64,000 nt of DNA from an uncultured Gemmatimonadaceae bacterium (lineage in GTDB: Bacteria; Gemmatimonadota; Gemmatimonadetes; Gemmatimonadales; Gemmatimonadaceae). The stretch is taken from contig CAVUDW010000002.1 in assembly GCA_963740355.1 (NCBI GenBank), positions 416,001-480,000 on the forward strand, read 5' to 3'. Within the stretch, counting starts at the first letter, position 1. Each line of letters opens with the position of its first letter. The position numbers were made by a program, and so were the translations under genes. Under the pieces are notes generated by a model that had not been told where the DNA came from, ran no database searches, and saw nothing but the letters and a program-made list of their open reading frames with translations. Positions 38,706 through 47,638 of the stretch are shown one piece after another.

Positions 38706-40391
38706 TCAGGGAATCTTCGTCGTCTCCTGCTGTGCCAGCTTGACCGCCTCGTAGGCATTGATGATTCCGCCCGACGCCGAGAGCGATGCGAATGGCACCT
38801 TCGCGGTCCGACTGCCTGGCTTCAACACCATCTGGTTCGGGAACTTCGTTACCGTCGCCATCAGGATGCGCTTCACATCGACGGCCGTCAGGGACGGGAA
38901 CTGGGACATCAGCAGCGCCGCGACGCCGCTCACTACCGGTGCCGCGACGCTGGTGCCGTCTTCGCGTGCGAACTGATCACCCAGCGCCGCCGCAAAGATC
39001 GAAACGCCCGGCGCGAACAGGTCCACCTTGGTGCTGCCATAGTTCGTGAAGTCTGCCGCGAGGCGATCACCCGCGCGCCAGCTCGAGGCACCGACATCGA
39101 TCCAGGTGGCTGCGCGTCCGTCTGCCGGCGTCGCATAGCTCGAGCTCGGGAAGGTCGGGGTGGCATCCACGTCCGTGCTCTCGTTCCCCGAGGCATGGAC
39201 CAGCAGCACGCCCTTCGACACGGCGTACTGCACGGCGCTGTCAACGGCTGCCTTGCCCGGCGAGTACGGCTTGCCGAACGACATGTTGATGATCTGCGCG
39301 CCCGCGTTCACCGCGTACCGGATGCCATTCGCGACATCCTTATCGTACTCGTCGCCGTTTGGCACCACGCGCACCGGCAGGATCCGGACACCGGGGGCGA
39401 CACCGACAAATCCGCTGTCGCCGCTCACTGCTCCAATCACGCTGGCAACCGCGGTGCCGTGCGACGCATCGGGACCGGTCACGTTCGCGTTGCCGTAGTT
39501 CCGGCCCATCGCCGGCGTGTCGCCGATCAGTTTCCGCCCGTCGTAGGCGAGGTTGAAGCCATAGTTGAGGCGACCTTCGACCTGCTTCCTCGCGGCACGG
39601 GAGACGTTCACCGTCAATCCGTTCGACGCGTACATCTGCAGTCGCTGCAGCGCGGCACGGGCTTCCGGCGACTTCGGCGACATCCTGGCCAGCATCGCAT
39701 CGGTGATCGCGGACTTCGTCACCCCGTTGTCCTTCGCGACCGTCGCCAGCAACGAATCGTATTCCGTGAGCACGGGGCGCAAGCCACTCCACTGGCCAGC
39801 GGCCTCGTCACGTGCCGCGGTGTACTCCGACTCGAGCTGCGCACAGGGCGTCGAGACGAGGCTCTTCCCCGCGTTGGCACGACAGGCGGCGACCAATCGC
39901 GTCAGCTCGAGTCGGTCATCGTCGATGTTGCCGTTCGCGCCACCGATGAAGTTCCAGCCGCGCGCATCGTCGACGTAGCCGTTGCCATCGTCATCGCGCC
40001 CGTTGGCTGGTGTCTCGCGCGTGTTCAGCACCAGTGCACTGCGCAGCGCGGTGTGAGCGGTATCCACACCGCCATCGATCACGGCGACCGTGATCACCCG
40101 CTTCGGTGGCGCATTGCGCAGCAGTTCGGTGATCGCGCGGCGCGCGCCGACACCCGCAACGCCATCCGTGGCGGGATCGAGCAGATGCCAGTCCGCCGGC
40201 GCGCTGTTGTACGTCACCTTCGGCGTCGCCTGAGGAGTCGGCGCCGCCGGCTGTGCTGCCGGTGGCGTTGGCGTGACAGCCACAGGTGCTGCCTGCGGCG
40301 CTGGCGCCGTGACAGGACGCGATGGGGCGCAGGCGGCAAGGCTCAGCGCACCGTAGACGAGCGCCACACGGGCGCGGCCACGTTCGATCAT
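38706..40391 (-). CDS. S8 (subtilisin-like) serine protease lipoprotein
   Basis: Lipobox LAAC; catalytic triad VAVIDGG / HGTAVAS / GTSVAAPVVSG; DDDGNGYVDD calcium loop. Confidence 0.93.
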   Translation of the reverse strand: MIERGRARVALVYGALSLAACAPSRPVTAPAPQAAPVAVTPTPPAAQPAAPTPQATPKVTYNSAPADWHLLDPATDGVAGVGARRAITELLRNAPPKRVITVAVIDGGVDTAHTALRSALVLNTRETPANGRDDDGNGYVDDARGWNFIGGANGNIDDDRLELTRLVAACRANAGKSLVSTPCAQLESEYTAARDEAAGQWSGLRPVLTEYDSLLATVAKDNGVTKSAITDAMLARMSPKSPEARAALQRLQMYASNGLTVNVSRAARKQVEGRLNYGFNLAYDGRKLIGDTPAMGRNYGNANVTGPDASHGTAVASVIGAVSGDSGFVGVAPGVRILPVRVVPNGDEYDKDVANGIRYAVNAGAQIINMSFGKPYSPGKAAVDSAVQYAVSKGVLLVHASGNESTDVDATPTFPSSSYATPADGRAATWIDVGASSWRAGDRLAADFTNYGSTKVDLFAPGVSIFAAALGDQFAREDGTSVAAPVVSGVAALLMSQFPSLTAVDVKRILMATVTKFPNQMVLKPGSRTAKVPFASLSASGGIINAYEAVKLAQQETTKIP

Positions 40392-40401
40392 CCGATTCCC
40401 C

Positions 40402-41157
40402 TCAAACCTTGTGAAAGCTGATCCGTGCCGCCTCGCGGCGATCCTCGGCGGTGTAGATCTCGAAATCACTGAAGAATGCCGGGGCTTCGACGGCGAGCAG
40501 ACGGAGCGCGGCGACCGCCATGCGGCGAATCTCCAGCTCCGCCGCTTCGCTCGAACGCAGCTCGAGCATCGTCCGCCAGGCGCGCGCATTGGCGGTCACC
40601 ACGATCTTCGTCTCGGTCGAATTGGGCAATACACCGCGCGCTGCTTCGCGAGCCATCTTGCGCCGATGGACCTTGTCCGCCACCCAGCCGTAGCGCTGCA
40701 TCAGTTCGTCCACGAGATGGATGTAGGCGCTCTGCGCTGACTCGATCTGCGCACGCCATGCGGTCTCGAGCGGCGCATCACCAACCATGGCCGGCGGCAC
40801 AACGAACGCCGCCTCGCTTTCGTCCACATAGCGCTGGCTCAGCTGTGAATACGCGAAGCCCGCGCGATGCCGCACCAGCTCGTGCGTCAGTGAACGGCTC
40901 ACGCCCTCGAACAGGATCGCGTAGTTCGCGTGCTCGAGCACACTGCCGTGGCCCTGCTTCTTGATGTTCTCGAGATAGTCGCGCGTTGTGCGACCGGCCG
41001 GGTTGCGCTGGCTCATGTAGCAGAGGCGCCCAGCGAATTCGGCCAGCTTCTCGCCATCCGTCGCCTCTCCGAGCCACGCCACGCCCAGGTGTTCCGGCTC
41101 GAGGAACTGCGGGCGGGACAAGAGTGTCAGGCGGGGCTCGGTATAGAACTCAGGCAC
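40402..41157 (-). CDS. thyX: FAD-dependent thymidylate synthase
   Basis: GHGSVLEH, THELVRHR...SQLSQRY, REAARGVLPN and AELEIRR motifs. Confidence 0.96.
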   Translation of the reverse strand: MPEFYTEPRLTLLSRPQFLEPEHLGVAWLGEATDGEKLAEFAGRLCYMSQRNPAGRTTRDYLENIKKQGHGSVLEHANYAILFEGVSRSLTHELVRHRAGFAYSQLSQRYVDESEAAFVVPPAMVGDAPLETAWRAQIESAQSAYIHLVDELMQRYGWVADKVHRRKMAREAARGVLPNSTETKIVVTANARAWRTMLELRSSEAAELEIRRMAVAALRLLAVEAPAFFSDFEIYTAEDRREAARISFHKV

Positions 41158-41264
41158 GGTCAGGTCAGGCTGATGGTGGGGTCGGAGGCGGACAAACCGC
41201 TCTCAAACCTACCCACCCACCCTTGGCCTTGGTGTCGGACAAACAGCCCTGCGGCGCCGTCCGC

Positions 41265-42905
41265 TCAGGCGCGCAGCAGGTCGAGCCGGAATTCCGCGTA
41301 CGCCCGCTTGTCCGACACGATGTCCAGCGCCCGCCGCGCCGCCGGTGTCAGCGGGGCGAGGGCGGGATCGTACTTGATGTCCGACAGCGCCTTCTGGTTG
41401 GGCAGCGGCACCTTCACCCCGGGATTGAAGATCCCGCGGGGATCGAAGCACCGCTTCACCAGTTGAAAGAGCACGGTCGCATCCGGGGCCCACATCCGGG
41501 AGATGAACGGCGTGCGCAGGCGGCCGTCCCCATGTTCGCCGCAGAGCGTCCCGCCAAGGACCGCCGTCAGCGTCACCACTTCATCGAGCGCGGCGTCGAT
41601 CCGCTCGCGCCAGTCCGGCTTCGTCATGTCGACCAGCGGATTCACATGCACATTCGCGTCGCCAGCGTGGCCGAAAATGACGCCGGTGAAGCCGTGGTGC
41701 TCCAGAATCGCCCGGATGCCTCGCACATATTCCGGAAGCGCCTGGGGTGGCACGGCGCCGTCCTCGATGAACTGCATCGAGGTGCCGACATGTGTCATCG
41801 TGGCCAGCAGCGGGCTGGCGGCGTGGCGAATGTGCCAGAGTGATTCGATCGCATCGGGCGCGCTCGCCCGGGTCAGCCCAATCGCGCCCAGCCCCTCGAA
41901 GGCGACGACGATCTGCGATGCGAGGCGATCCGCCTCGCCCTGTGTGGCGGCTTCCGCATCCAGCAGCAGGAGTGCCTCGATGTCTGAGGGCACGCTGCCT
42001 TCCGGTGTCCCGCTCCGCACCAGGTCGAGGAAGGTGCGGTCGAGTAGTTCACAGGTCGCCGCACCGAGCCCCGCCGCCTTGCCCGCGGCCTGGACCGCCG
42101 CCTCGAGCGTCGAGAAGCCCGCGCAGAGCGCCGTGCGACCGGCTGGAAGGTCGGCGAGTTGCAGCTCGATGCCGGTGATCAATGCCAGCGTTCCCTCGCT
42201 CCCGACGAAGAGGTCGACCAGGTCGCCCGACTTCGCGAATTCGACCAGCGCATAGCCGGACGACTCCTTCCGCACGCCGGCGTGCCGGATCTTCGCGATC
42301 GGCTCCGCCATCGCCGTGGTGAAGATCGTGCTCATCGCCTGCGTCGAGAAACGCCGGATGGCAGCGACCGTGCGGGCCTGTGTCGGCAGTTCGGCCCCGC
42401 GACGAATCGTCGCCCGCGACCCGTCATCGAACACACATTCGAGGGCCGTGACCCAGTGCCGCATCGCCCCGTACTTCAATGTGTGCGGGCCGGCGGCATT
42501 GGTTGCCACCATCCCTGCAATCGTGGCCCACGCGCCGCTGGATGGATCGACCGGGAACCAGAGTCCGTGTGTGTGGGCGGCAGCATTCACGGCATCACGC
42601 ACGGCGCCCGGGCCAACCCAGATGCGCTTCGTCGCCGGATCGACCGGGCCGATGCTCGACAGGCGACTGAGGTCGACGATCACCCCATCACCAATCGCGG
42701 CGCCGGCCATCGACGATCCCGCACCCCGCGGGATCAGCGGTGTCTGCGACGTCTGGGCCCAGCTGGCCAGCGCCATGACGTCTTCGACGTCAACCGGCAC
42801 CGCCACGGCACGGGGAAGAATCTGTGCGATACCTGCTGCTTCCGAATACACGCCGCGAGCATCGTCATCAACGCGGAAGGTGCCGCGGAATCCTGGTGGG
42901 TTCAT
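41265..42905 (-). CDS. FAD-binding oxidoreductase (GlcD/D-2-hydroxyacid dehydrogenase-like)
   Basis: PRGAGSSMAG, VDPSSG, GSEGTL, GHAGDANVH, GEHGDG and FDPRGIFNPG motifs; no Fe-S domain. Confidence 0.88.
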   Translation of the reverse strand: MNPPGFRGTFRVDDDARGVYSEAAGIAQILPRAVAVPVDVEDVMALASWAQTSQTPLIPRGAGSSMAGAAIGDGVIVDLSRLSSIGPVDPATKRIWVGPGAVRDAVNAAAHTHGLWFPVDPSSGAWATIAGMVATNAAGPHTLKYGAMRHWVTALECVFDDGSRATIRRGAELPTQARTVAAIRRFSTQAMSTIFTTAMAEPIAKIRHAGVRKESSGYALVEFAKSGDLVDLFVGSEGTLALITGIELQLADLPAGRTALCAGFSTLEAAVQAAGKAAGLGAATCELLDRTFLDLVRSGTPEGSVPSDIEALLLLDAEAATQGEADRLASQIVVAFEGLGAIGLTRASAPDAIESLWHIRHAASPLLATMTHVGTSMQFIEDGAVPPQALPEYVRGIRAILEHHGFTGVIFGHAGDANVHVNPLVDMTKPDWRERIDAALDEVVTLTAVLGGTLCGEHGDGRLRTPFISRMWAPDATVLFQLVKRCFDPRGIFNPGVKVPLPNQKALSDIKYDPALAPLTPAARRALDIVSDKRAYAEFRLDLLRA

Positions 42906-42998
42906 CACGCCGATAGATGCACCAACCGAGACTGCTTGTGTAGAGGGGCGACCAGGTCCAGCGTGGCGTCCCGTGCGGATCGCAACCATATATTGACT

Positions 42999-44102
42999 GT
43001 GCCTTCAGACGAGAATCGAGGACCGGCAGTCGCCGATCATGCCTCTGCCGAGCTGCCCGACTTCACGCAACGTCCTCTGACGCGTGACGTCGAGCGGTGG
43101 TGTCGTGACATTTTACCGCGTGTCTCCCGCACCTTCGCCCTCAGCGTCAGAGTCCTGCCAGGTGAACTCGGTCGCGCCGTGCTCGCTGCGTACCTGCTCT
43201 GTCGCATCGCTGATACGATCGAGGATGCGCCAGCGCTCGATGCACAATTAAAGGCCGGCACACTTGACCGCTTTCTGCACTGTTTTGACGATCCAGCCTC
43301 CGCCACGGCACTTGCGGAAGATCTTGCCGCCTGGCCGGGTGACGCTGCGCACGTCGAGCTGAGCGGCGGCACGGATCGCGTCTTCGCACTTTTCCGGTCG
43401 CTGCCGGTTCCGACCCAGCGGCATGTGCACCGGTGGGTGTCGGAGATGGGTCGCGGCATGCGCAAGTTCGTGCTGCTCTACCCGAACGGCATCCGGATCC
43501 AGACGCTCGACGAGTACAAGGAGTATTGCTACTACGTCGCGGGAACGGTCGGCTACATGCTCACTGACCTCTGGCACGAGCATTCACATGCCGTCAGTGA
43601 GTCGGTGTACGCCAGGCTGCGCGAGAAGAGTCGCCAGTTCGGTGAGGCGCTGCAAACCGTCAACATCCTCAAGGACGTTGCCACCGACGCCGAGCACGAA
43701 AACTCGATCTACATCCCGGAGCACGCCTTGCGCGCGCACGGCAGTGGGCACGCGACCATCCTCTCAGCGGCGCATTCGCAGGCCAACCACGCAGCGCTGA
43801 CGGATCTCGTGAAGCTGGCCTGGGCGGACCTCGAAGATGCCGTGCGCTACCTGCTGATGGTGCCGCGCCGCGCCTGGAGCATTCGCACCTTCTGCGTCTG
43901 GCCGCTGCTCTTCGCCTTCGCGACCCTGCGCGACCTGACCCAGACCCGCGCCATGCTGCAACACGGCGGCGTGGTGAAGATCACGCGCCGCGAAGTGAAG
44001 TCGCTGTTGTTCCTCGCGCCGCTGCTCGTCGGCTCCAACGCCGCCGTCCGCTGGCTGGTCGAGCGGGTCAAGCTTCGCGCCTTCGTGCTCGCCGGGACTT
44101 AG
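42999..44102 (+). CDS. Squalene/phytoene synthase-family head-to-head prenyltransferase
   Basis: VSRTFAL, YLLCRIADTIED, YCYYVAGTVG and FGEALQTVNILKD motifs; start GTG 42999 or TTG 42993. Confidence 0.88.
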   Translation: MPSDENRGPAVADHASAELPDFTQRPLTRDVERWCRDILPRVSRTFALSVRVLPGELGRAVLAAYLLCRIADTIEDAPALDAQLKAGTLDRFLHCFDDPASATALAEDLAAWPGDAAHVELSGGTDRVFALFRSLPVPTQRHVHRWVSEMGRGMRKFVLLYPNGIRIQTLDEYKEYCYYVAGTVGYMLTDLWHEHSHAVSESVYARLREKSRQFGEALQTVNILKDVATDAEHENSIYIPEHALRAHGSGHATILSAAHSQANHAALTDLVKLAWADLEDAVRYLLMVPRRAWSIRTFCVWPLLFAFATLRDLTQTRAMLQHGGVVKITRREVKSLLFLAPLLVGSNAAVRWLVERVKLRAFVLAGT

Positions 44103-44148
44103 CGCGACCGCGCGGCAGCCCGCTCGACAACGAATCAGCAGGGTGCTG

Positions 44149-44209
44149 CGGGATTGCGTGCACTGTCACCGGTTTACGGGATTGTGTGCACTGTCACCGG
44201 TTTGCGGGA
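44149..44209. repeat. 28-bp tandem repeat (2.2 copies) between convergent genes
   Basis: CGGGATTGYGTGCACTGTCACCGGTTTR at 44149-44176 and 44177-44204, then CGGGA. Confidence 0.85.
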
Positions 44210-44217
44210 GCGACTGG

Positions 44218-45138
44218 TCAGCGTGGCCCGCGCTTGGCGGCGGTCGCATCCTGCACGGCGCGCGCGACATCACGAACGCCTTGTGCCACCGCGTTGATGG
44301 TGTCGGTGAGCAGTGGCTGTGAACCGCCCGGGAGCGCCGCGCGCGGAAGCGGGCCGTGTTCCAGTCGATCGAGCAGCTGCTCCAGTGCCAGCTGCGCCCG
44401 TTCCGCTTGCTTGCGATGGCTCTTGATCATCGCCCATCCGCCAAAACCCATGGCCAGCACCGGCACTGCGGCCAGGGCGAGAAAAAGCGGTAGCATGGTC
44501 AAGGGCGCGAGCACCGAGCCGAGGACGACCGGCACGGTCCCAAGGCCAAGCCCAACGCTGCCCATCGCGATGCCGCCGCTCCGTCGCGAGGCGCGGAGCT
44601 GCGTGATGTCGGCGTCGAGACGCACGGCCGTGCGACCATCGCCGATCGGACTGACGGTCGCCGCAACCTCTGTCGCGCGCGCCAGCGTGGCGGCCGCCTG
44701 ATTCCCGCGCAGGCTCCGATCCAGTTCGGCAAACATGCCGCCGCGTTGCTCCCAGGTGCGACGATTGCCGAACCGACGCTTGGCCAGCATGCGATAGTCG
44801 GTCCGCATCCACTCCTCGAGCGCAAACAGCACGGCGTCAGGCGCATGTGGCACCGCGCGGGTCGCACTCACGGCCGCCGGTCCCATCACGCGAGCTTCCA
44901 ACCCGGTCTCTTCCGCCAACACGACGCGCGTCCGCTCCTCCGCCAGCGCCTGCTGGAGCGTTGCCGGCGACAGCCCGACTTCCTTGCCGATCTCGAACAG
45001 TTGCGCCTCGGTCATCCCGTCCGGCGCCTCGGTCGACTGCGACGCCAACTCCGAGGCGCGCGCGAGCACCCGCTCCATCGCCCCGCGATCGAGCGACGCA
45101 GGAGGCGTCAGTGAGTCCTTCGAAACGTCGTCAGCCAC
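44218..45138 (-). CDS. Hypothetical membrane protein
   Basis: N-terminal ERVLARASEL...LFEIGKEVGLS helical domain and two C-terminal TM segments; 4 bp from the upstream gene. Confidence 0.8.
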   Translation of the reverse strand: MADDVSKDSLTPPASLDRGAMERVLARASELASQSTEAPDGMTEAQLFEIGKEVGLSPATLQQALAEERTRVVLAEETGLEARVMGPAAVSATRAVPHAPDAVLFALEEWMRTDYRMLAKRRFGNRRTWEQRGGMFAELDRSLRGNQAAATLARATEVAATVSPIGDGRTAVRLDADITQLRASRRSGGIAMGSVGLGLGTVPVVLGSVLAPLTMLPLFLALAAVPVLAMGFGGWAMIKSHRKQAERAQLALEQLLDRLEHGPLPRAALPGGSQPLLTDTINAVAQGVRDVARAVQDATAAKRGPR

Positions 45139-45141
45139 CGT

Positions 45142-46227
45142 TCACAATCCACCGAGATAGAGATCCAGCTGTGTCTTCATGCTTTCGAGAATCTCTGCGC
45201 TGATGGGCATTGCCACTTCCAGCGCAGCCACCGCCGTCCCAGGCGCCGGCACCGGCTTGCCCATCACCCGCAGGTAGAACCGAGCGTACCCTTCTGCCTC
45301 GGCCGGCAGCGTGCGTTGCAGCAGCAACAATCCTGCGCGCAATGCTGCTGCCGTCTGCAGCCGGTCGCCCGCCCCCGCCGACTTCTGCTTCGGCGTGATG
45401 TTTTCGGTGACCACCGCCGCGGCAAAGGTCCCGACCGCCTCATGCACGATTCCGTAGAGTACCTCATCCGTACGGTCGAGCGAGGGGGGAAGTGTCACCA
45501 CCATCGACGCACCAGCCGTCGGGTCCGTCGTGATGGTGCGTCCCTCGCCCTCGACCACCGCCGACACGATGATTTCCGCGTTGCGCTGCTGCGTGCCGCG
45601 CAAAAAGCCCGCCATCTTCGGAAACCAGAGCGTGCGCCAGAGTGAGTCGGCGCGCGCCAGGACAGGCGCACGTGCTCGCTGCGTCTCCAGCCAGTTGGCG
45701 TGGAAGAAGCGCTGGCTCTCACTCTCCAGCCCAACACTGAACTGCTCGGCGAATTCCCGTTCCGGCACGGTCGGGAAGTAATTCGCGGCCAGTGCGACCA
45801 ACTGCGCCTGGTCGCGGTCACGAACGGCCTTCACATCGCCCTTCGCCTGTGTCAACAGCTGCAGCGACACACGCAGCGTCCCGAAGTTGGTGAAGTGGAG
45901 CGCGTAGAACTGTGCGTTCAGCAGTCGACTCGTCGTCGCCAGGGTGCGCTGCAGTGCCACGCGCGCGGTGTCGAGCCGCGTCGCGACCTGCGCCACGTTT
46001 CGCACGACGATCATCGAGTCCCGATATCCTTTGCGGAACAGCGGCACCTGGCTGGTATCGTCCGACAGCAGGGCGAAGCCGTGCAGCCAGAGATCGACAT
46101 GTTCTCGCGTCTTGATCGGCCACGGGCCACCGGGCCGCGTTGGCTGCGCAGCGCGACGATCCTGTGCCTGCACGGTTGGTGCAAGCAACAGCGCCGCCGC
46201 CAGCATGAGGAGTGTCACACGTGCCAT
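45142..46227 (-). CDS. Hypothetical secreted protein
   Basis: Signal peptide MARVTLLMLAAALLLAPTVQA; HEAVG, a degenerate HExxH-like motif. Confidence 0.75.
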   Translation of the reverse strand: MARVTLLMLAAALLLAPTVQAQDRRAAQPTRPGGPWPIKTREHVDLWLHGFALLSDDTSQVPLFRKGYRDSMIVVRNVAQVATRLDTARVALQRTLATTSRLLNAQFYALHFTNFGTLRVSLQLLTQAKGDVKAVRDRDQAQLVALAANYFPTVPEREFAEQFSVGLESESQRFFHANWLETQRARAPVLARADSLWRTLWFPKMAGFLRGTQQRNAEIIVSAVVEGEGRTITTDPTAGASMVVTLPPSLDRTDEVLYGIVHEAVGTFAAAVVTENITPKQKSAGAGDRLQTAAALRAGLLLLQRTLPAEAEGYARFYLRVMGKPVPAPGTAVAALEVAMPISAEILESMKTQLDLYLGGL

Positions 46228-46232
46228 GCGGA

Positions 46233-47441
46233 TCACGCCATCGACTCCAGGATCACCGCAATGCCCTGACCACCGCCGATGCATGCCGAACCGAGGGCGT
46301 ACTTCTTGCCCAGCATGCGCAATGCGTGCGAGAGGTGTGCGGCAATGCGCGCTCCGCTGGCACCGAGCGGGTGTCCGATGGCAATGGCACCGCCGTGCAG
46401 GTTGAACTTCGCCATCGGGATGCCCAACTCCTTCTGCACTGCCAGCGCCTGCGTCGCAAATGCCTCATTGACTTCGATCAGGTCCATCTGGTCGAGCGTC
46501 ATGCTCGCACGCGCCAGTGCCGTGCGCGCTGCGGTCACCGGTCCGATGCCCATGATGCGCGGTTCCACGCCACTCACTCCCCAGCTCACCAGCCGTGCCA
46601 ATGGCGCCAGTCCACGGGCTTTCGCCCACTCGGCGCGCGCAATCACCAGCGCGCCAGCGCCGTCGTTGAGCCCCGACGCATTGCCCGCCGTGACCACGCC
46701 ATCCGGCTTGAACACGGGACGCAGCTTGGCCAGGGACTCGATGGTGCTCTCGGGACGCGCATGTTCGTCGCGAGCGAAATCGACCAGTTGCTTCGTCTTC
46801 TTGTCGAGGACGGGCACGTTCACGATTTCATCGCGAATCAATCCGTTCGCCCAGGCATCACGCGTGTTCTGCTGCGATCGCAGGGCAAACTCATCGGCAG
46901 CCTGCCGGCCAAGGTGATACGCACTCTCGAGGTTTTCCGCCGTCACACCCATGGGCGTCTGGCAATACGAGTCGGTGAGCCCTTCGAACAGCAGGTCTTC
47001 CAGCTTTGGCGACCCGCCATACGGCACGCCCCATCGAAGCCCGCGCGCTGCATGCGGCACGGTGGACATGCTTTCCCCGCCGCCGACCAGGCAAACGTCG
47101 GCATCGCCCGTCATGATCTCATGTGCACCGTTGACGATGGCCTGGAAGCCGGAGCCGCAGAGCCGGTTCACCGTCAGGCCGGGCACCTCGATCGGACACC
47201 CTGCCTTGAGCCCCACATGCCGAGCGAAGTACACGGTGTCGGTGGTGCTCTGAATCACATTGCCAAAAATCGAATGGCCAATCTCCTGTGGCTCGACGCC
47301 AGCCCGCTCCATCGCGGCTTTCGCCGCAACGACGGTCAGGTCGACGGCCGACAGGTCGCGCAGCGTGCCCCCAAATGTCCCAAACGGGGTACGAACGGCG
47401 GAGAGAATCACGATGTCGGTGGCAGTGCCTTGCGTGCCCAT
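46233..47441 (-). CDS. Acetyl-CoA C-acyltransferase (thiolase)
   Basis: NRLCGSG, TAGNASGLNDGA, NEAFA, GAIAIGHPLGASG and CIGGGQG motifs. Confidence 0.96.
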   Translation of the reverse strand: MGTQGTATDIVILSAVRTPFGTFGGTLRDLSAVDLTVVAAKAAMERAGVEPQEIGHSIFGNVIQSTTDTVYFARHVGLKAGCPIEVPGLTVNRLCGSGFQAIVNGAHEIMTGDADVCLVGGGESMSTVPHAARGLRWGVPYGGSPKLEDLLFEGLTDSYCQTPMGVTAENLESAYHLGRQAADEFALRSQQNTRDAWANGLIRDEIVNVPVLDKKTKQLVDFARDEHARPESTIESLAKLRPVFKPDGVVTAGNASGLNDGAGALVIARAEWAKARGLAPLARLVSWGVSGVEPRIMGIGPVTAARTALARASMTLDQMDLIEVNEAFATQALAVQKELGIPMAKFNLHGGAIAIGHPLGASGARIAAHLSHALRMLGKKYALGSACIGGGQGIAVILESMA

Positions 47442-47638
47442 GGGAGCGGTCGAGTGATTGGACAGACTGGATGTCGCGGTGAGGTTCGGCCTCGCCCGAG
47501 GCGCACGATCGGCAAGCTGACCATGCGTGCGCGCAGGGACAATCGAGGTCGCGCTGCAATGCCGGATAGTACCCGTGCGATTCGCCTCGGTGCCTGCAGT
47601 CCGCTCGCGTGGTCCACTCGCGCCAGCGAGGCGTACCG

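Noticed and set aside
42159..42992. N-terminal half of the 647-aa ORF fused to the squalene synthase
   Set aside because: Antisense to the FAD oxidoreductase; family similarity only begins after about 43000
44149..44209. Mini CRISPR array
   Set aside because: Repeats abut with no spacers and there are no cas genes
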